A stretch of 64,000 bases of DNA from an uncultured Pseudomonadota bacterium. GTDB taxonomy: Bacteria > Vulcanimicrobiota > Vulcanimicrobiia > Eremiobacterales > Eremiobacteraceae. Position numbers and translations under genes: made by a program. The notes under the pieces were generated by a model. The model ran no database searches, was not told where the DNA came from, and saw only the letters and a list, made by a program, of their open reading frames with translations. Positions 19,344 through 31,183 of the stretch are shown here, piece after piece; the first letter of the stretch is position 1, and each line of letters begins with the position of its first letter. The stretch is from contig CAVTNB010000002.1 in assembly GCA_963736005.1 (NCBI GenBank), forward strand, positions 1-64,000. Reading direction: 5' to 3'.

Positions 19344-19734
19344 TTAGTCTGACCGAAGCAGCGCTCGCCGCGCCGCCTCGAAACACGAGCGCGCGTCGGC
19401 ACGGTACTCTTCCAGTTTGTCGTGCATGTATCGTAAGAAGAGCGTCTCTGATCCATCCCATTGCGATGCCCAACCATCCAGCGCGGGAGGACGCCCGTAC
19501 TTGGCATACGCGGCCTGCAAGGCCGCGACTGTCGGACGCAGGCAAGTGTGGTGCCGCGGCATTGAGCTGGCCTGTCCGAAGGTCGGGGGCGGAATGTTCC
19601 GGCCACTGCCAATCCCATTCCGACATCTCCCACACATCGGCGTCGTAAAGCCCGATCAGCAACCTTGGAGCGAGTCGATGTAGCCGCTCAACGCGGCCAG
19701 CATTCGCGTCGAGCTCCTCGATCACTGCATTCAT
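19344..19734 (-). CDS. Hypothetical protein (probably frameshifted)
   Basis: Overlapping ORFs 19324..19734 and 19344..19637 fill the gap between two sulfotransferases. Confidence 0.4.
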
Positions 19735-20610
19735 GCCGACAGCATTTCGTATGCGGCGCCTTCGTCGGGATACGTGGCTTCGGAATAGATTTTGTCCAAG
19801 CCAAAAATCCCAAGGATGGCCATGATACGCCGCACCTGCCCGCGGCGCAGCTGCCGGCGCCAGGTATCGAGGACGCTTACTTGCTCTCGCCGTTGCCGAG
19901 CGTCACACGGCTCGGTGCGCGCGGCGCCTCTCGCTGCGACGTATTCACACAGGCGCTCACCGGCCGTGGCCTGGCTGACGAGCGATTCATAAAACGCAAA
20001 ATGAATGTTGCCTTTTGCGAACTGCCGCAGCGGGACGTAATGGTGTATCGCCCACATAAAGGCATGCTGATCGAGTGGTTCGCGCGCTTTCTCGATCTCG
20101 GGCATGAAGGGCTCCAAGTGATCGCGGATGATGTCCTTGAGGACCAACTGCCGTTTGAGTTGTGGGGTCCAATCCAGTAACAACCGGGATGCGATGGTTG
20201 CGCACGGATGTCGCCACGTCAAGATGATCGGCATGAAGCGGGTAGCGCGCTTGCAAGTAGTCAAGCCAGAGATTGCAGCGGCAATCGCGTATGAGGCGCT
20301 CCGTAACTTGCGCGTACGGATGGCAGGCATGATCTTTGGCGAGATCGATTTCGGTTCGATCGGACGCGACCGCTAAGATGCGATCGAGACAGCACCGCGA
20401 TGTCGTTGACGTTGGCTCGTGCGAGGGAGATAGGCTGGGTAGCGCAACATCCCACAGCCGCGAATAGTACCACTGATTGAACGGCTCATAAAGGACGCGA
20501 TAGCGGGCATCGGCGTTGAGTTGCGCAACCGCCTCCGCGATTGCATTTCTGCTCACGCCCCCAACAAAAATACTGCGGCCCGCGTTGGGTTTCGGCCTTA
20601 CCTCACGCAT
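19731..20610 (-). CDS. Sulfotransferase-like protein with degenerate PAPS loop, frameshifted
   Basis: LYEPF, WRHPCATIASR, WAIHHYVPLRQF, FYE; clear paralogue of 25300..26268 and 40942..41904. Confidence 0.72.
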
Positions 20611-21706
20611 GCGTCCATCATAGCACGACTCAATTTTTGGCAAACGCCGCAATGGGCGATGCAGGTAGGTCCAGAGTCCCAAGGGTCACTGCGCGTCGCG
20701 TTTAGGTCATGCGTCGCCTCGAAAGGCGCCGTTTCAGCGAGCGCAGGGCGGCGAAGACGATGGCGCCTGGGCGTGACGCGAGCGTTGCGGCGAACCAATA
20801 CCACAGCAACGCATCGCGGCTGTATGCGCAATCGCAGGCTGCGCCGCAGCGATACGGCGGCATCTGGGAAGCAGCGCGCGCTCACAAAGTATCGGCCGAC
20901 AAGGTAGTGCCGTCGTGCGCGTTCCTTTCGCAAGTGTTGCACGATTTCATCGGGATAACGATCCGGGTGATCGACACACTGCATCGACGATAGCCGCGAA
21001 GCTTTGCAAAGTGCGGCCGACATCTCTGGTCGCTTGGGCGTCATGCAGGCGATACTGAACCAGTGGCTGCGTCGACCGCCGCGGCATCGGTGACGACGCA
21101 GCAGCCGCATCAAAAGCTCGCGTCCTTCTAAGCCCGGCAAGTGGACGTCGAACATCCCGGCAGCAAGCAGTAGCTCTTTGCGAATCAGCAGCGTCGATGG
21201 CATCATGACGTTGTCCTCAAAGCCGCAGAACATGGGTATCAATGTGTGCCGGTCAAAACAGGCGACGTGCGGCGCTGGAGTCTCTCGTTTGAGCTCGCGG
21301 TAGTCAGGACGCGTCGCAAAAAGTGATTTGTCGCGCGGTCCCGCAGCGTCGAAGAACGTCATATCCGAAAATATGAATCCGGCTTGGGCACACGCTTGCA
21401 CCGCACCCCATTGACGCTCAAGCTTGTGCGGTTGCCATATGTCATCGTCGTCTAGGAATGCGATCCACGGTTGTGTCGCAGCCAAGATGCCCCGATTCCG
21501 CGCGGCGGAAATGCCTCGCGCGATCTTGCTGGAGCACCAATAGGCCCGCTTCGCGTAGAACTTTCGTCGTGTCATCAGTCGAACCATCATCGACGACGAT
21601 GAGTTCCAATGGCTTATAAGACTGGTCGTGAACGCTGCGAATTGCATCCATGATCAGCTCGCCGGCGATTGAATGTGGGGATGACGACGGTGATCGGCAG
21701 GGTCAC
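20598..21706 (-). CDS. Glycosyltransferase family 2, frameshifted
   Basis: ITVVIPTFNR, IVVDDGSTD, SAARNRG, IAFLDDDD.W...KLERQ. Confidence 0.82.
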
Positions 21707-21746
21707 AGAAGCGGCGGAACTGCGTTGCACGGCGCTGAATTGCCGA

Positions 21747-22998
21747 ATGATGCGCATATTCCTGGTCAACGATCGCTGGGGTGCAGATGGCGGAAGTGAA
21801 GTCGTCCTCTCCAGTCTGATCACCGCATTACGAGATCGCGGGCCATACGCTTCGGCTGTGCGTTTCAAGCATTGCCGACGACGCTCCGCGATTGCCGGCG
21901 GATGTGGAAATCGCTCACGTTCCCTGGCGAGGGATCCGCGAAGCGAGCGATCCGCGCAGCGGCGATCTCGTGCATCAAGCTGCAGCCGCTTTTCAACCCG
22001 ATGTCGTGTACGCTCACAACGTTTTTGATCACTCTGTCGTGCATCGCTTGCAATCGTGGCCCTTCGTTTGGCACAACCACGATCATCGCGTTCATTGTCT
22101 GAACGGAAACCGGCGCTACCGGCGCAGCGGCACTATCTGTTCATCCCCGCTCGGCTCGGCATGCGTCGTCCACGCCGTGACCGAACACTGCGGCGACGGC
22201 CCGAACCGCCGCACGCTCGAGCTCCTCCGATTGCGAAAGACACTACTGCGGGCCCTTCGAGGGTCCGAAGGCATCGTCGTCTTCGGTGAGTATCTCAAGA
22301 GCATCTTGCAAGCGAACGGGTTTGCCCCCGATCGCATTCTCGTTGTTCCTCCCGCTCATTCGGTATTGGGATGTTGGCGAGCAGCCCGCCTATCCGCCGG
22401 CCCGCGAGGGACGCGCACAGTTGTCTTTGCAGGCCGCCTCATCCGCGACAAGGGTGTTGACGACGTCCTTTGGCTTGGGCGCAAGATGATCGAGTCAGGT
22501 TTGAACGCGCGCGTCGTGGTCGTGGCGGGTAACGGACAGCTTCGCTCGCTTGTGATTGACGCGGCGCAGCGCCCGGATTCTGGAATCGAATATCGCGGTG
22601 AATGCTCCGCTGGCGCGATCTCTCGCAGCTCTTGCGCGAGGCTTCGGTCATCGTCGTGCCCAGCCGTTGGCCCGAGCCTTTCGGCTTAGCGGGTCCCGAA
22701 GCGCTCCTGCATGGCCGGCCGGTCGTTGCCTACCGCGTCGGCGGGATCGCAGACTGGCTCGTCGATGGCGTCAACGGTTTCACCGTCCAGTGCGGCGATC
22801 GAGCAGCGCTTTTCGAGGCCGTGCGCACGCTCTTGGAAACTCCTGCGCGGCGGCTGCGATGGGCGGAGAGGAGCGACCATGGCGCGCGAACGTTATGCGC
22901 CGGCCGCGTCACTCGAAGCTCTTGAACATTTCTTGGCGAGGGCGATCTCGCGATTTGAGGTCGACCGCGCGCGAGCACCGCTCCGACGCGTGCGCTGA
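21747..22998 (+). CDS. Glycosyltransferase family 4, frameshifted
   Basis: MRIFLVND..GGSE, PDVVYAHN, FAGRL..DKG, VPSRWPEPFGL...EA...PVVAYRVGGI. Confidence 0.82.
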
Positions 22999-23002
22999 CG
23001 AG

Positions 23003-24254
23003 ATGATCAGAACCCTCGTCGTAACACCGACCATCGTCTATCCACCGATGAGCGGAGCGCCACTGCGCAGCTGGCAACATATCAATATCCTGGCGCAGCT
23101 CGGGCCGGTCGGCATGTTTTCGGTCGGCACCGAAGCGCACGCCGGTCAAGTCCCCCCACAACTCTCCTTTTGGACTCATTATCTGCTCGATCCGAATCGA
23201 CCCGCGAGCGCTGCGCAACAGCCTGCTGCGCCTCACGCGGCCGCCGCGGTGGTGGGTGTATCCGCATTTTCATTCGCTTGTGACCCCTGGGGCGATCGCC
23301 AGCCTTCAGAACATCCTCGATACGTTCCAGCCCGATGTGGCGATTCTAGATCGCGCGCAGCTCTACGGATACGTACCCATGCTTTGCGACAACGCTATTC
23401 CGGTTATTTGGGATACACACAACATTCAATCGTCGCTCGTCGCTGAAATGAAATCCGCGCTCGGAATTCGATCATCTCTGCTGTCTGCGTATGGCGCTTC
23501 AGAGCCTGCGTAAACTCGAACGCGGGCTGAGCGCGCAGGCCGCACAGGTATGGGTGTGCAGCGATGAGGATGCGCGAGGCTAGCGCGCGTGTGCGCCCGC
23601 AGTTCGGATGTTCGGGTCATCCCTAATGCGATCGACCTCGCATTCTATGCAAGCGTTGCGTGAAGGCATCGAACAATGCGTCGACGCCACCGCGACGGGC
23701 CGCATGTACTTTTTGTCGGCGTTCTTTCGTACGAACCCAATCGAATCGCGGGCGAGTTTCTTTTGGAAAAGATCCATCCAATGCTTCGTTCGATACTGCC
23801 GCACGCTCGCTGCACTATCGTCGGACGTAGCCCCAGCCGAAGCATGTTGGATGCAGCGCTCCGCGATTCATCAATAACTCTGGCGGGAGCAGTCGAGGAT
23901 GTCCGGCCTTATCTCGCCGCGGCGGATGTCGTCGTCGTACCGCTCATGCAAGGTGGGGGCACCCGGCTGAAGATTCTGGAAGCGTTTGCGGCTCAACGTC
24001 CCGTGGTGAGCACGACGAAGGGTAACGAAGGTCTGCGAGCACGCTCCGGCGAGCACTTGTTGCTGGCCGACGATCCGCAGTCTATAGTTGCTGCGATCGC
24101 CCGGCTCTGGCTCGATGCGCCACTGCGCGAGTCGCTGACGCAAGCGGCTTATGCCCTCGTGGCTGACGAGTACTCGTGGTCTGCGGTGAGCGATGCTGTT
24201 GCGAAGTGCTGTCGAGCATGCGTAGCAGATTCGGCACGCAAACTCGATGCGTAA
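23003..24254 (+). CDS. Glycosyltransferase family 4, frameshifted
   Basis: YPPMSGAPLR, DTHNI, LFVGVLSYEPN, VPLMQGGGTRLKILEAFAA.RPVVST. Confidence 0.85.
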
Positions 24255-25341
24255 GAACTCGGCCACGCTTTCGGGTGGCGCAGCTTTTCTCGTGGGGCGC
24301 TGACAACCCGTATCAGGAACTGCTCGCCGCGCGTTAGCGCAGCATGAGATTCAGATCGACCAGCTTCAACCCCGACCCTTTCTGTTACCGAGTTTGTTTC
24401 GCGGCGGGCGCCGGCCGGATGTCATTCACGTCCAATCTGCCATCCCGTACTTTCGCGCTCGCAGCCTGACGATGGCGAGCCTCAAGGTGCTCGCTTTCGT
24501 TGCGCAACTGTGGGCAATGCGGCTTTTTGGCGCGAAGATCGTGTGGACGGCTCACGACACGACAAAGCTTGGAGTGCGGTTCCCGCGCCAGGCCAGGCGC
24601 ATGGGCTTGGCCTTGGCCCGGATGTCACATGCGATCATCGTGCACTGTCCGGCTGCGGTACAGGAACTCGCGATTCAGTTTGGCATTGACAACCACGCCA
24701 AGCTGCGCGTTATTCCACACGGCAACTATGTGGGCGCTTATGCGGACAGCATTTCGCCGACGGAGGCACGTGCGAAGCTCGGACTGGCGTCCGAGAAGCT
24801 CGTGCTTTTGTGTTTGGGTTTGTTGCACCCGTACAAGGGCATCGAGCGCCTGGTGAGTGCCCTTGAAAGCGCCGGCCCGAACGTTCACCTGGTGATCGCC
24901 GGCAAGCCTATCTCCAAGGAATACGCCGCCGAGCTTGGGGACGCGTTGCGCACACGAGCAACGTGACGTACTCCCCGAAGTTTGTGGCTGCTCGATGACA
25001 TCCAAGTCTATATGCGTGCCGCCGATGCCGTCGTCTTCGCCTACCCAGAAATCCTTACCTCAGGCGCACTCGTGCTGGCTATGTCATTTGCCAAGGCCTG
25101 TGTTGCGCCAGCGATCGGGTGCATCCCGGAGATGCTCGATCCGCAGGGGGGTGATCATTTATGATGCGTCACGTCGCAGACGGTCTTGCTGCTGCGCTGC
25201 AGCAAGTGGTTCGCCAGCGCGATGAGCTTGCCAGTCATGGGTGCTCGCAATTTGGCACGGGTCAGGCAGTGGAGTTGGGAACGTGTTGCAGCGATGACGT
25301 TAGAGGTGTACCACTCCTGCGTGGCTGCGCGCGCCGTTTGA
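24247..25341 (+). CDS. Glycosyltransferase family 4, frameshifted
   Basis: DNPYQELL, IVWTAHD, IPHGNY, PYKGIE, ILTSGALVLAMSFAK; paralogue of 31180..32249. Confidence 0.82.
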
Positions 25342-26268
25342 GGGCGTCAAAAGCGTCATCGTGAAGCGCTTGAGACCGCCTGGGTGCGGCATGCATTCCT
25401 CATCGTAGATGTGGTCCAATCCGAACTTCGCCAGAATTTCCAAGCCACGTTCGATTTCTGCGGGTGTCAACAAGGTGCGCCACGCACTAATCAGTTCCTG
25501 AGCGCTCCGATGCGACCGAATGGCGCTGCCATCGCGGCTCGTTGCCGATGGCACGGACAGCTTGCGGAATAAACGATTGTCGAAGTCTCGCCCCAGGTGG
25601 GCGAACATGTCATGCGCGACCGCTTCCGGCTGCATGCACAAGTCTTCATAGAAAACGTAATGGAAATCTCCGGACGCGAACTGTCGCAGTGGAATGTAGT
25701 GCTGGACGGCCCAGTCGAACAGGTAGCGCTCGAACATCGTCTCCGCTTGTTTGAATTCATCCCAAAACGAACCCGGAAAATCGGACTGTAATTGTTCCTG
25801 CATAAAAAATGCGCGAGAGCGTGAGGGCCAATCGAGCCAGCGTCGCGATGCTGCCACCGCAAACGGATGGCGCATGATGAAGATCATGGGGACGGCCGGA
25901 AAATGATCGCGCAACCATTTTAGCCAGAGATTGCCTCGGACTTCTTTGATAAGGCGTTGACGCGCGAATAGGCGCTTGTTGTGGCGATCGCACCATCGGT
26001 GGCGAACATTGCCAGCCATGATGTGGGTAGCGGGTCCAAGATAGGTTGGGTTCCCATCGGCGGGCCGCAAATATAACCCATAGTAGAATGGTCGCGCGAT
26101 GGGCACATACCTGGCTTGAAATGGTTCGAAGATGTAACGGTAGTGATTGTCATAGTTGAGAACTTCAGCAAGCCAACTCGTGCCGCTTCGACCCGTGCCG
26201 CCGATGAACACCGTGTTGCGATAGTCGCTGTTGGTTTCGAGCAATCGATCCAGGATGCGCCGCAACAA
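25300..26268 (-). CDS. Sulfotransferase domain protein
   Basis: FIGGTGRSGTSWL, FEPF, LIKEVR.NLWL, MRHPFAVAAS, FYEDL. Confidence 0.88.
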   Translation of the reverse strand: MLRRILDRLLETNSDYRNTVFIGGTGRSGTSWLAEVLNYDNHYRYIFEPFQARYVPIARPFYYGLYLRPADGNPTYLGPATHIMAGNVRHRWCDRHNKRLFARQRLIKEVRGNLWLKWLRDHFPAVPMIFIMRHPFAVAASRRWLDWPSRSRAFFMQEQLQSDFPGSFWDEFKQAETMFERYLFDWAVQHYIPLRQFASGDFHYVFYEDLCMQPEAVAHDMFAHLGRDFDNRLFRKLSVPSATSRDGSAIRSHRSAQELISAWRTLLTPAEIERGLEILAKFGLDHIYDEECMPHPGGLKRFTMTLLTPSNGARSHAGVVHL

Positions 26269-26272
26269 ACTG

Positions 26273-27304
26273 TCATCTGCACCTGGGTTGTCGGCCGGAC
26301 GGCTTGTTCTGCCGCTGCATCAGGAGGAGCGCTCCGCGACACGCCCTGGCTTGCGAGTTGCGCGGCTCAAGCGCAGCGCTGTGAGGTAGTGCCGGGCCGT
26401 GCGCATCGAAAAGCGCAAGCCCAAGCTGCGCAGCAATGGGCTTCCTGGCTTCTGCGTAGCGGCCAGCGCCCATCAAGAGCTCCCCAGCTTCAAGAAACCA
26501 GCGTGCTGGTTCATTCCTGTAAAATTTCGCCGCGCTTTTCGGGTAGAGCCAAGGACGTTGTATGATGCGCATCGTCGCTGCGGCTGCGTGGAGCTTCATG
26601 TGCAACCTGTCAGCGGTCATTTGCGTCGCGTGCCGGCGGCGACGCACCAACGGTTCTTCAACCACTCCACCTATCGCAGCCCCGAAGAGCCGTAAAGTGA
26701 TCTCCCAGTCTTCCCAAGCTTTGAGCGAAGCATCGAAGAGGCCGATGCGAAGAAGCAGATCGCGCCGAATCAATAACGAGGACACGTTCACAAAATTCCA
26801 GCGATAGAAGCGACTGCAGGGCGTCCTCCGTTTCGCAGACGCTGAGTCCCGGCCCGACCGGGTGGCGTTGGACCTGCGCCCAGCGTTCCGGATATTTCGG
26901 CGTAGAGCGAGGCGAAGACCGGCCCTGTCTTCATTGAACGCCGAGTGGTCAGTAAACGCAAAGCCAATCTGTGGACAGTGCTCGATGAGCTGCCACTGGC
27001 GTTCGAGCTTCGTGGACTCCCACAAATCGTCGTCATCCAGAAACGCAATCCAGGGGTTCGTGGCGGCCATGATCCCGGTGTTCCGTGCGGCCGGTAAGCC
27101 GCTGTTCGCCTGACGGATCACACACGCGCCGGCTGCGCGAGCTGATTGCGCCGTGTCGTCGGTTGACCCGTCATCAACAACAATCACCTCGGTCGCGGGC
27201 CGCGTCTGTGCCTGCACACTGCGCACCGCTTCAACAACATACTGCGCGCGATTGTATGCGGGAATGACCACGCTGATCGGCAGGCAGTTTGAAGAGTCCG
27301 CCAT
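26273..27304 (-). CDS. Glycosyltransferase family 2
   Basis: ISVVIPAYN, VVDDGSTD, AARNTG, FLDDDD, EDWE; likely compensating internal frameshifts. Confidence 0.88.
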   Translation of the reverse strand: MADSSNCLPISVVIPAYNRAQYVVEAVRSVQAQTRPATEVIVVDDGSTDDTAQSARAAGACVIRQANSGLPAARNTGIMAATNPWIAFLDDDDLWESTKLERQWQLIEHCPQIGFAFTDHSAFNEDRAGLRLALRRNIRNAGRRSNATRSGRDSASAKRRTPCSRFYRWNFVNVSSLLIRRDLLLRIGLFDASLKAWEDWEITLRLFGAAIGGVVEEPLVRRRRHATQMTADRLHMKLHAAAATMRIIQRPWLYPKSAAKFYRNEPARWFLEAGELLMGAGRYAEARKPIAAQLGLALFDAHGPALPHSAALEPRNSQARACRGALLLMQRQNKPSGRQPRCR

Positions 27305-27436
27305 GGGTGCGCACTTCGACGGCAGCGGGTCGAACGATGTGGCATACGTGACCGGAGCTGCTAGGACATTTGCCCCCTTTTTGGGGGCTCGTCTTTAGCG
27401 GGCGTGTGGCGCTCGCCTGCGAAAAGGCGCTGAACC

Positions 27437-29269
27437 GTGTTGAGCGTGCAGCAGACGAACCCGTTGCTTGACGTGTTTTCGATTGAGAACGCCCGAGTGC
27501 GAGGGTCCGTTAGCCTGTCGGCCGGCGAGTGTGCGGGTTCGACAGCTCTGATCTTTCACCCAGCCGAGGGCCGTTCGAGGATCGATTTTGCCATACCGCC
27601 CGCAGCTGCCGACTGGTCCGCGTGTGGCTGCCTTCGGTTCCCGTTTCGCATTAGCTCGCCGGCGCGCTGGTTCTTCGACATCGTGAACGACCAGGGGCAC
27701 CATTTCGAATTCAAGATCCAACCACTCCAAGACATTCAGCATCGATGCGGTGATTCCAGGACGCTATCTGCACTTCGACTACACCAATAACCACCGCTTC
27801 AAAGCGTATACGCTCGTCAACTGGAACCCACACATCGACCTGACACACGTTGCCTCGATCATCATCAGCATGCGCACGCTGCGCGAGGTTCGTCTGACGC
27901 TTGGGCCGCTCGCAATGCTCAAACGTACCGTGCCTGACGCCTTTCATCTTGAAGCACCAGTCATCGATCGCTTTGGCCAATGGATCGAAGGGAACGAATC
28001 ACCCGCTGACATTATCCAGCTCCGCGCGAGCAGCGTGGTCACGCGAAGACGACTCGCTGTCGTCCGAGCCACACTTCCCGACATCATCTGTCGCGATTGA
28101 GCCTTCGGGATACTTTCGAACCGCCAAAATCGGCGGACGGTGGTGGCTGGTCGAACCGCAAGGCAGATTGTTTTTCTCTGCGGGCCTCGACTGCGTCCGG
28201 CTCGGGGGCGACGAAACGTTTGTGAGTGATCGCAAGAAGCTCTTCGCTGAGCCGCGGGCACGGTCCATAGACTTCTACAAGGACAATACGCTACTACGGT
28301 ACGGGAGGCAAGCTCAACGCGCCAGCGCTGGACCGAAACCGCCATACGGCGTCTGCGGAACTGGGGTTTCAATTCCATCGGACTGTGGTCTGCTCCGGAG
28401 TTGCAGAAAAGCGGCCTGCCCTTTGTGGTCGATCTGAACGTTTCGGTCGAGGGGAAGAGCTGGCATGGATTCCCTGACGTCTTTGCTCCCGAATACCCGG
28501 CCCAAATCAGAGCCACGATCCACGAGCGCATCCGATCGCTGCGCGAAAATCGCTTCCTGCTCGGATACTTTTTGGGGAACGAGCCGCGCTGGCAGCAGCG
28601 CAGCTTGATCGATGCAATCGATCGCGATCCGGTGCCATCAGCCACGCAGCGTTTCGTGCGGCAATTCTTGCTCGATGCTGGCGGCGATGATTCGGCGTTC
28701 GCGACAAGCTTTCAGAACTGCTGGCGCGACGTCATTTCCAGGTGATGAGTGATATGTTGCGGGCGCTCGACCCAAACCATCTCAACCTGGGTATTCGCTG
28801 GGTCGGCCGGCCGCCGGAGCCGATACTGCGTGCGAGCGACATTTTTGACGTGTTCACGGTCAACATGTACTCGATCGCTCCCTCGGAGCAATTTTTGCAA
28901 CTGATCGATGCGCTCGTCGGCAAGCCGGTGCTCATAGGGGAGTTTCATTTTGGCGCGACTGGCCGGGGGCTCGGTGGATCGCTCATCGAGGTCCGGGATC
29001 AAGAACAGCGCGGCGTCGCGTACCAATACTACCTCGAACATGCGGCCGCGCATCCTTCCATCATCGGAGCGCACTATTTCCAATTCAAGGACCAGCCGGT
29101 GGCTGGCAGATTCGACGGCGAAAATTTCAACATTGGCTTTGTGGATGTCCTCGATCGTCCGTATGAAACTCTGGTGGCTGCGGCGCAGAGCGCTCACGCG
29201 CGCATGTATGCGATCCACGAAGGCGTGGAGCAACCGAGCAGTGCTGCACCGGAGCGACCCCTGGCCTAG
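27437..29269 (+). CDS. GH50 (beta-agarase-like) glycoside hydrolase, multiply frameshifted
   Basis: IDRFGQW, GYFRTAKIGGRWWLVEPQG.LFFS.GLDCV, GYFLGNE, KPVLIGEFHFGA, GAHYFQF.DQP..GRFDGENFNIGFVD. Confidence 0.82.
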
Positions 29270-29378
29270 TCGCATACCCCAACGGTCCCTAGTGAGGCCG
29301 CGGACAACCAACAAACATTCTTGTTATGGAAAGAGCCGAGCCGCTGCGGCACCACGGCTGCCGGCTTTTGCGTTGGCC

Positions 29379-30389
29379 GTGACGGAACCCGATTCACCTG
29401 CGATCATTGTCGATCGCGTTACCAAATCGTTTCCGGAATCTCACAGGTTTTCGGCTTGGCTCAAGCATCGCGGGCCGCCACCGCGTCGGGTCGCCCTATC
29501 CGACGTTACGCTCCAAATCGGGCGAAAAGAATTATTCGGTCTTTTGGGTCTAAACGGCGCGGGGAAAACGACGCTCCTCAAAGTGCTGTGTACGCTCGCA
29601 CTGCCGGACAAGGGTGAGGTCCGGGTGGACGGCATCGACGTCGAGCGGAACTCGCTCGAAGCCCGGCGGCGCATCGGATACTGCAGCGGTGACGATCGCA
29701 GCTTCTATTGGCGCTTGACCGGTCGCGAAAACATGGAGTTGTTCGGTTCGCTGGCCGGCTTCAAAGGACGCCGCCTTGACCGGCGCATTGACGAAGTCAT
29801 TCGGGAAGTGGATCTTAGCGACGATCTCGACCGGCGCTATGTGACGTATTCATCGGGGATGCGCCAGCGACTCGGGGTGGCTCGCGCCTTGTTGCACGAT
29901 CCTCCGGTGCTGCTGTTCGACGAACCCACTCGCACCGTGGATGCAAAACATGCAGAGAATATCCGACATTTTCTTCGCGAGCTTGTTGACCGCGGCGGAA
30001 AGACAGTCGTTCTCGCGACCAATCTCGTTGAGGAGGCATGGAGCATTTGCGACCGCGTCGCCATTATTCGTCGCGGACACATCGTGACGGTGCAGTCGCC
30101 GCGACACCTCAGCGCGCAGGCGATCGACAAGCGTACGTTTTGCGTGTTGGTCGATCGCGTCAGCGACGAGTTTGTGGCACGCATGCGGACGCTGCAGGGC
30201 TTCGTGCAGCTTTCAATCCGGCCCAACGGAGAAGGCGTGTGGGTGGACGTCGAGATGGAGGCCTCAACCGCAACGCTCAATCAAATCTTCTGGGCCCTGA
30301 GCTCGGACAGCGTCTCGGTTCGATCGTTCCATGTCGAGCAGCCACGACCGTTCGACATCTTTGTCAAGTGGGCGAGCGATGCTGAGTAA
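29379..30389 (+). CDS. ABC transporter ATP-binding protein (ABC-2/DrrA-like)
   Basis: GLNGAGKTT, YSSGMRQR, LLFDEP. Confidence 0.92.
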   Translation: MTEPDSPAIIVDRVTKSFPESHRFSAWLKHRGPPPRRVALSDVTLQIGRKELFGLLGLNGAGKTTLLKVLCTLALPDKGEVRVDGIDVERNSLEARRRIGYCSGDDRSFYWRLTGRENMELFGSLAGFKGRRLDRRIDEVIREVDLSDDLDRRYVTYSSGMRQRLGVARALLHDPPVLLFDEPTRTVDAKHAENIRHFLRELVDRGGKTVVLATNLVEEAWSICDRVAIIRRGHIVTVQSPRHLSAQAIDKRTFCVLVDRVSDEFVARMRTLQGFVQLSIRPNGEGVWVDVEMEASTATLNQIFWALSSDSVSVRSFHVEQPRPFDIFVKWASDAE

Positions 30390-31183
30390 GGTATGGCAAT
30401 TGTTCCTGCGAGATGCCCGCACCGCCCTCTCCTATCCTTTAAGCTTTTGGTCGCAGTGGATCGCCATCCCCTTCGGGGTCACTGGGATGTGGTTCGTCTC
30501 GAAGCTCATCCCGCCATCGCATCATTTTGGTTTTGCCGGGCACAGCGGCACGTATTTCTCGTACGTGGTACATCAACATCGCATTTCTCGGATTTCAAAG
30601 TACCGCGGTCAGCGCTTTTCAAAGCGCCGTGCAAGGCAGTCAGTCGATGGGGGTGGTCGAAGCATTGCTCGTCACGCCGACGGATTTACCGCTGCTCATC
30701 GTCTCCTCCACGCTGTGGTCGTTCACCCTGACGGCAGCCCGCGTCGTCGTCTACTTGCTCAGCGCAATCCTTGTCTTTCATTTGGATCTGAGCCAGGCGA
30801 ATCCCGGAGCCATCCTGCTCTCGCTCGCGCTCATCGTCACCTGTATGTCGGCGTTTGGAATCTTTAGCGCGGCATCGGTCATGACGTTTAAACAACCGAG
30901 TCCCACCGGACTTGTGCTCGGCAGCGTGTCTCAGCTGCTTGGAGGGGTCTTCTTCCCTATTGCGCTGTTACCGCTGTGGCTTCGGCATGTCTCGCAAATA
31001 TTACCAATTACGCATGGACTGGGCGCCATTCGCGCCGCCGCGCACGGCGCGTCGCTGGCGCAGATGGAACCCGACCTTGTCTGGCTTGCCTGCGCGTCAG
31101 TCGTGCTGCTGCCGCTCGCGCTCTTCGCGTTTCACCGTGCTGTCGTGCGTGCCAAATATGACGGCACGCTCGGGCAGTATTGA
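30379..31183 (+). CDS. ABC-2 type permease, frameshifted near 30570
   Basis: RDARTALSYP, G.VEALLVTP, LLGGVFFPIALLP.WL...LPITH. Confidence 0.85.
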
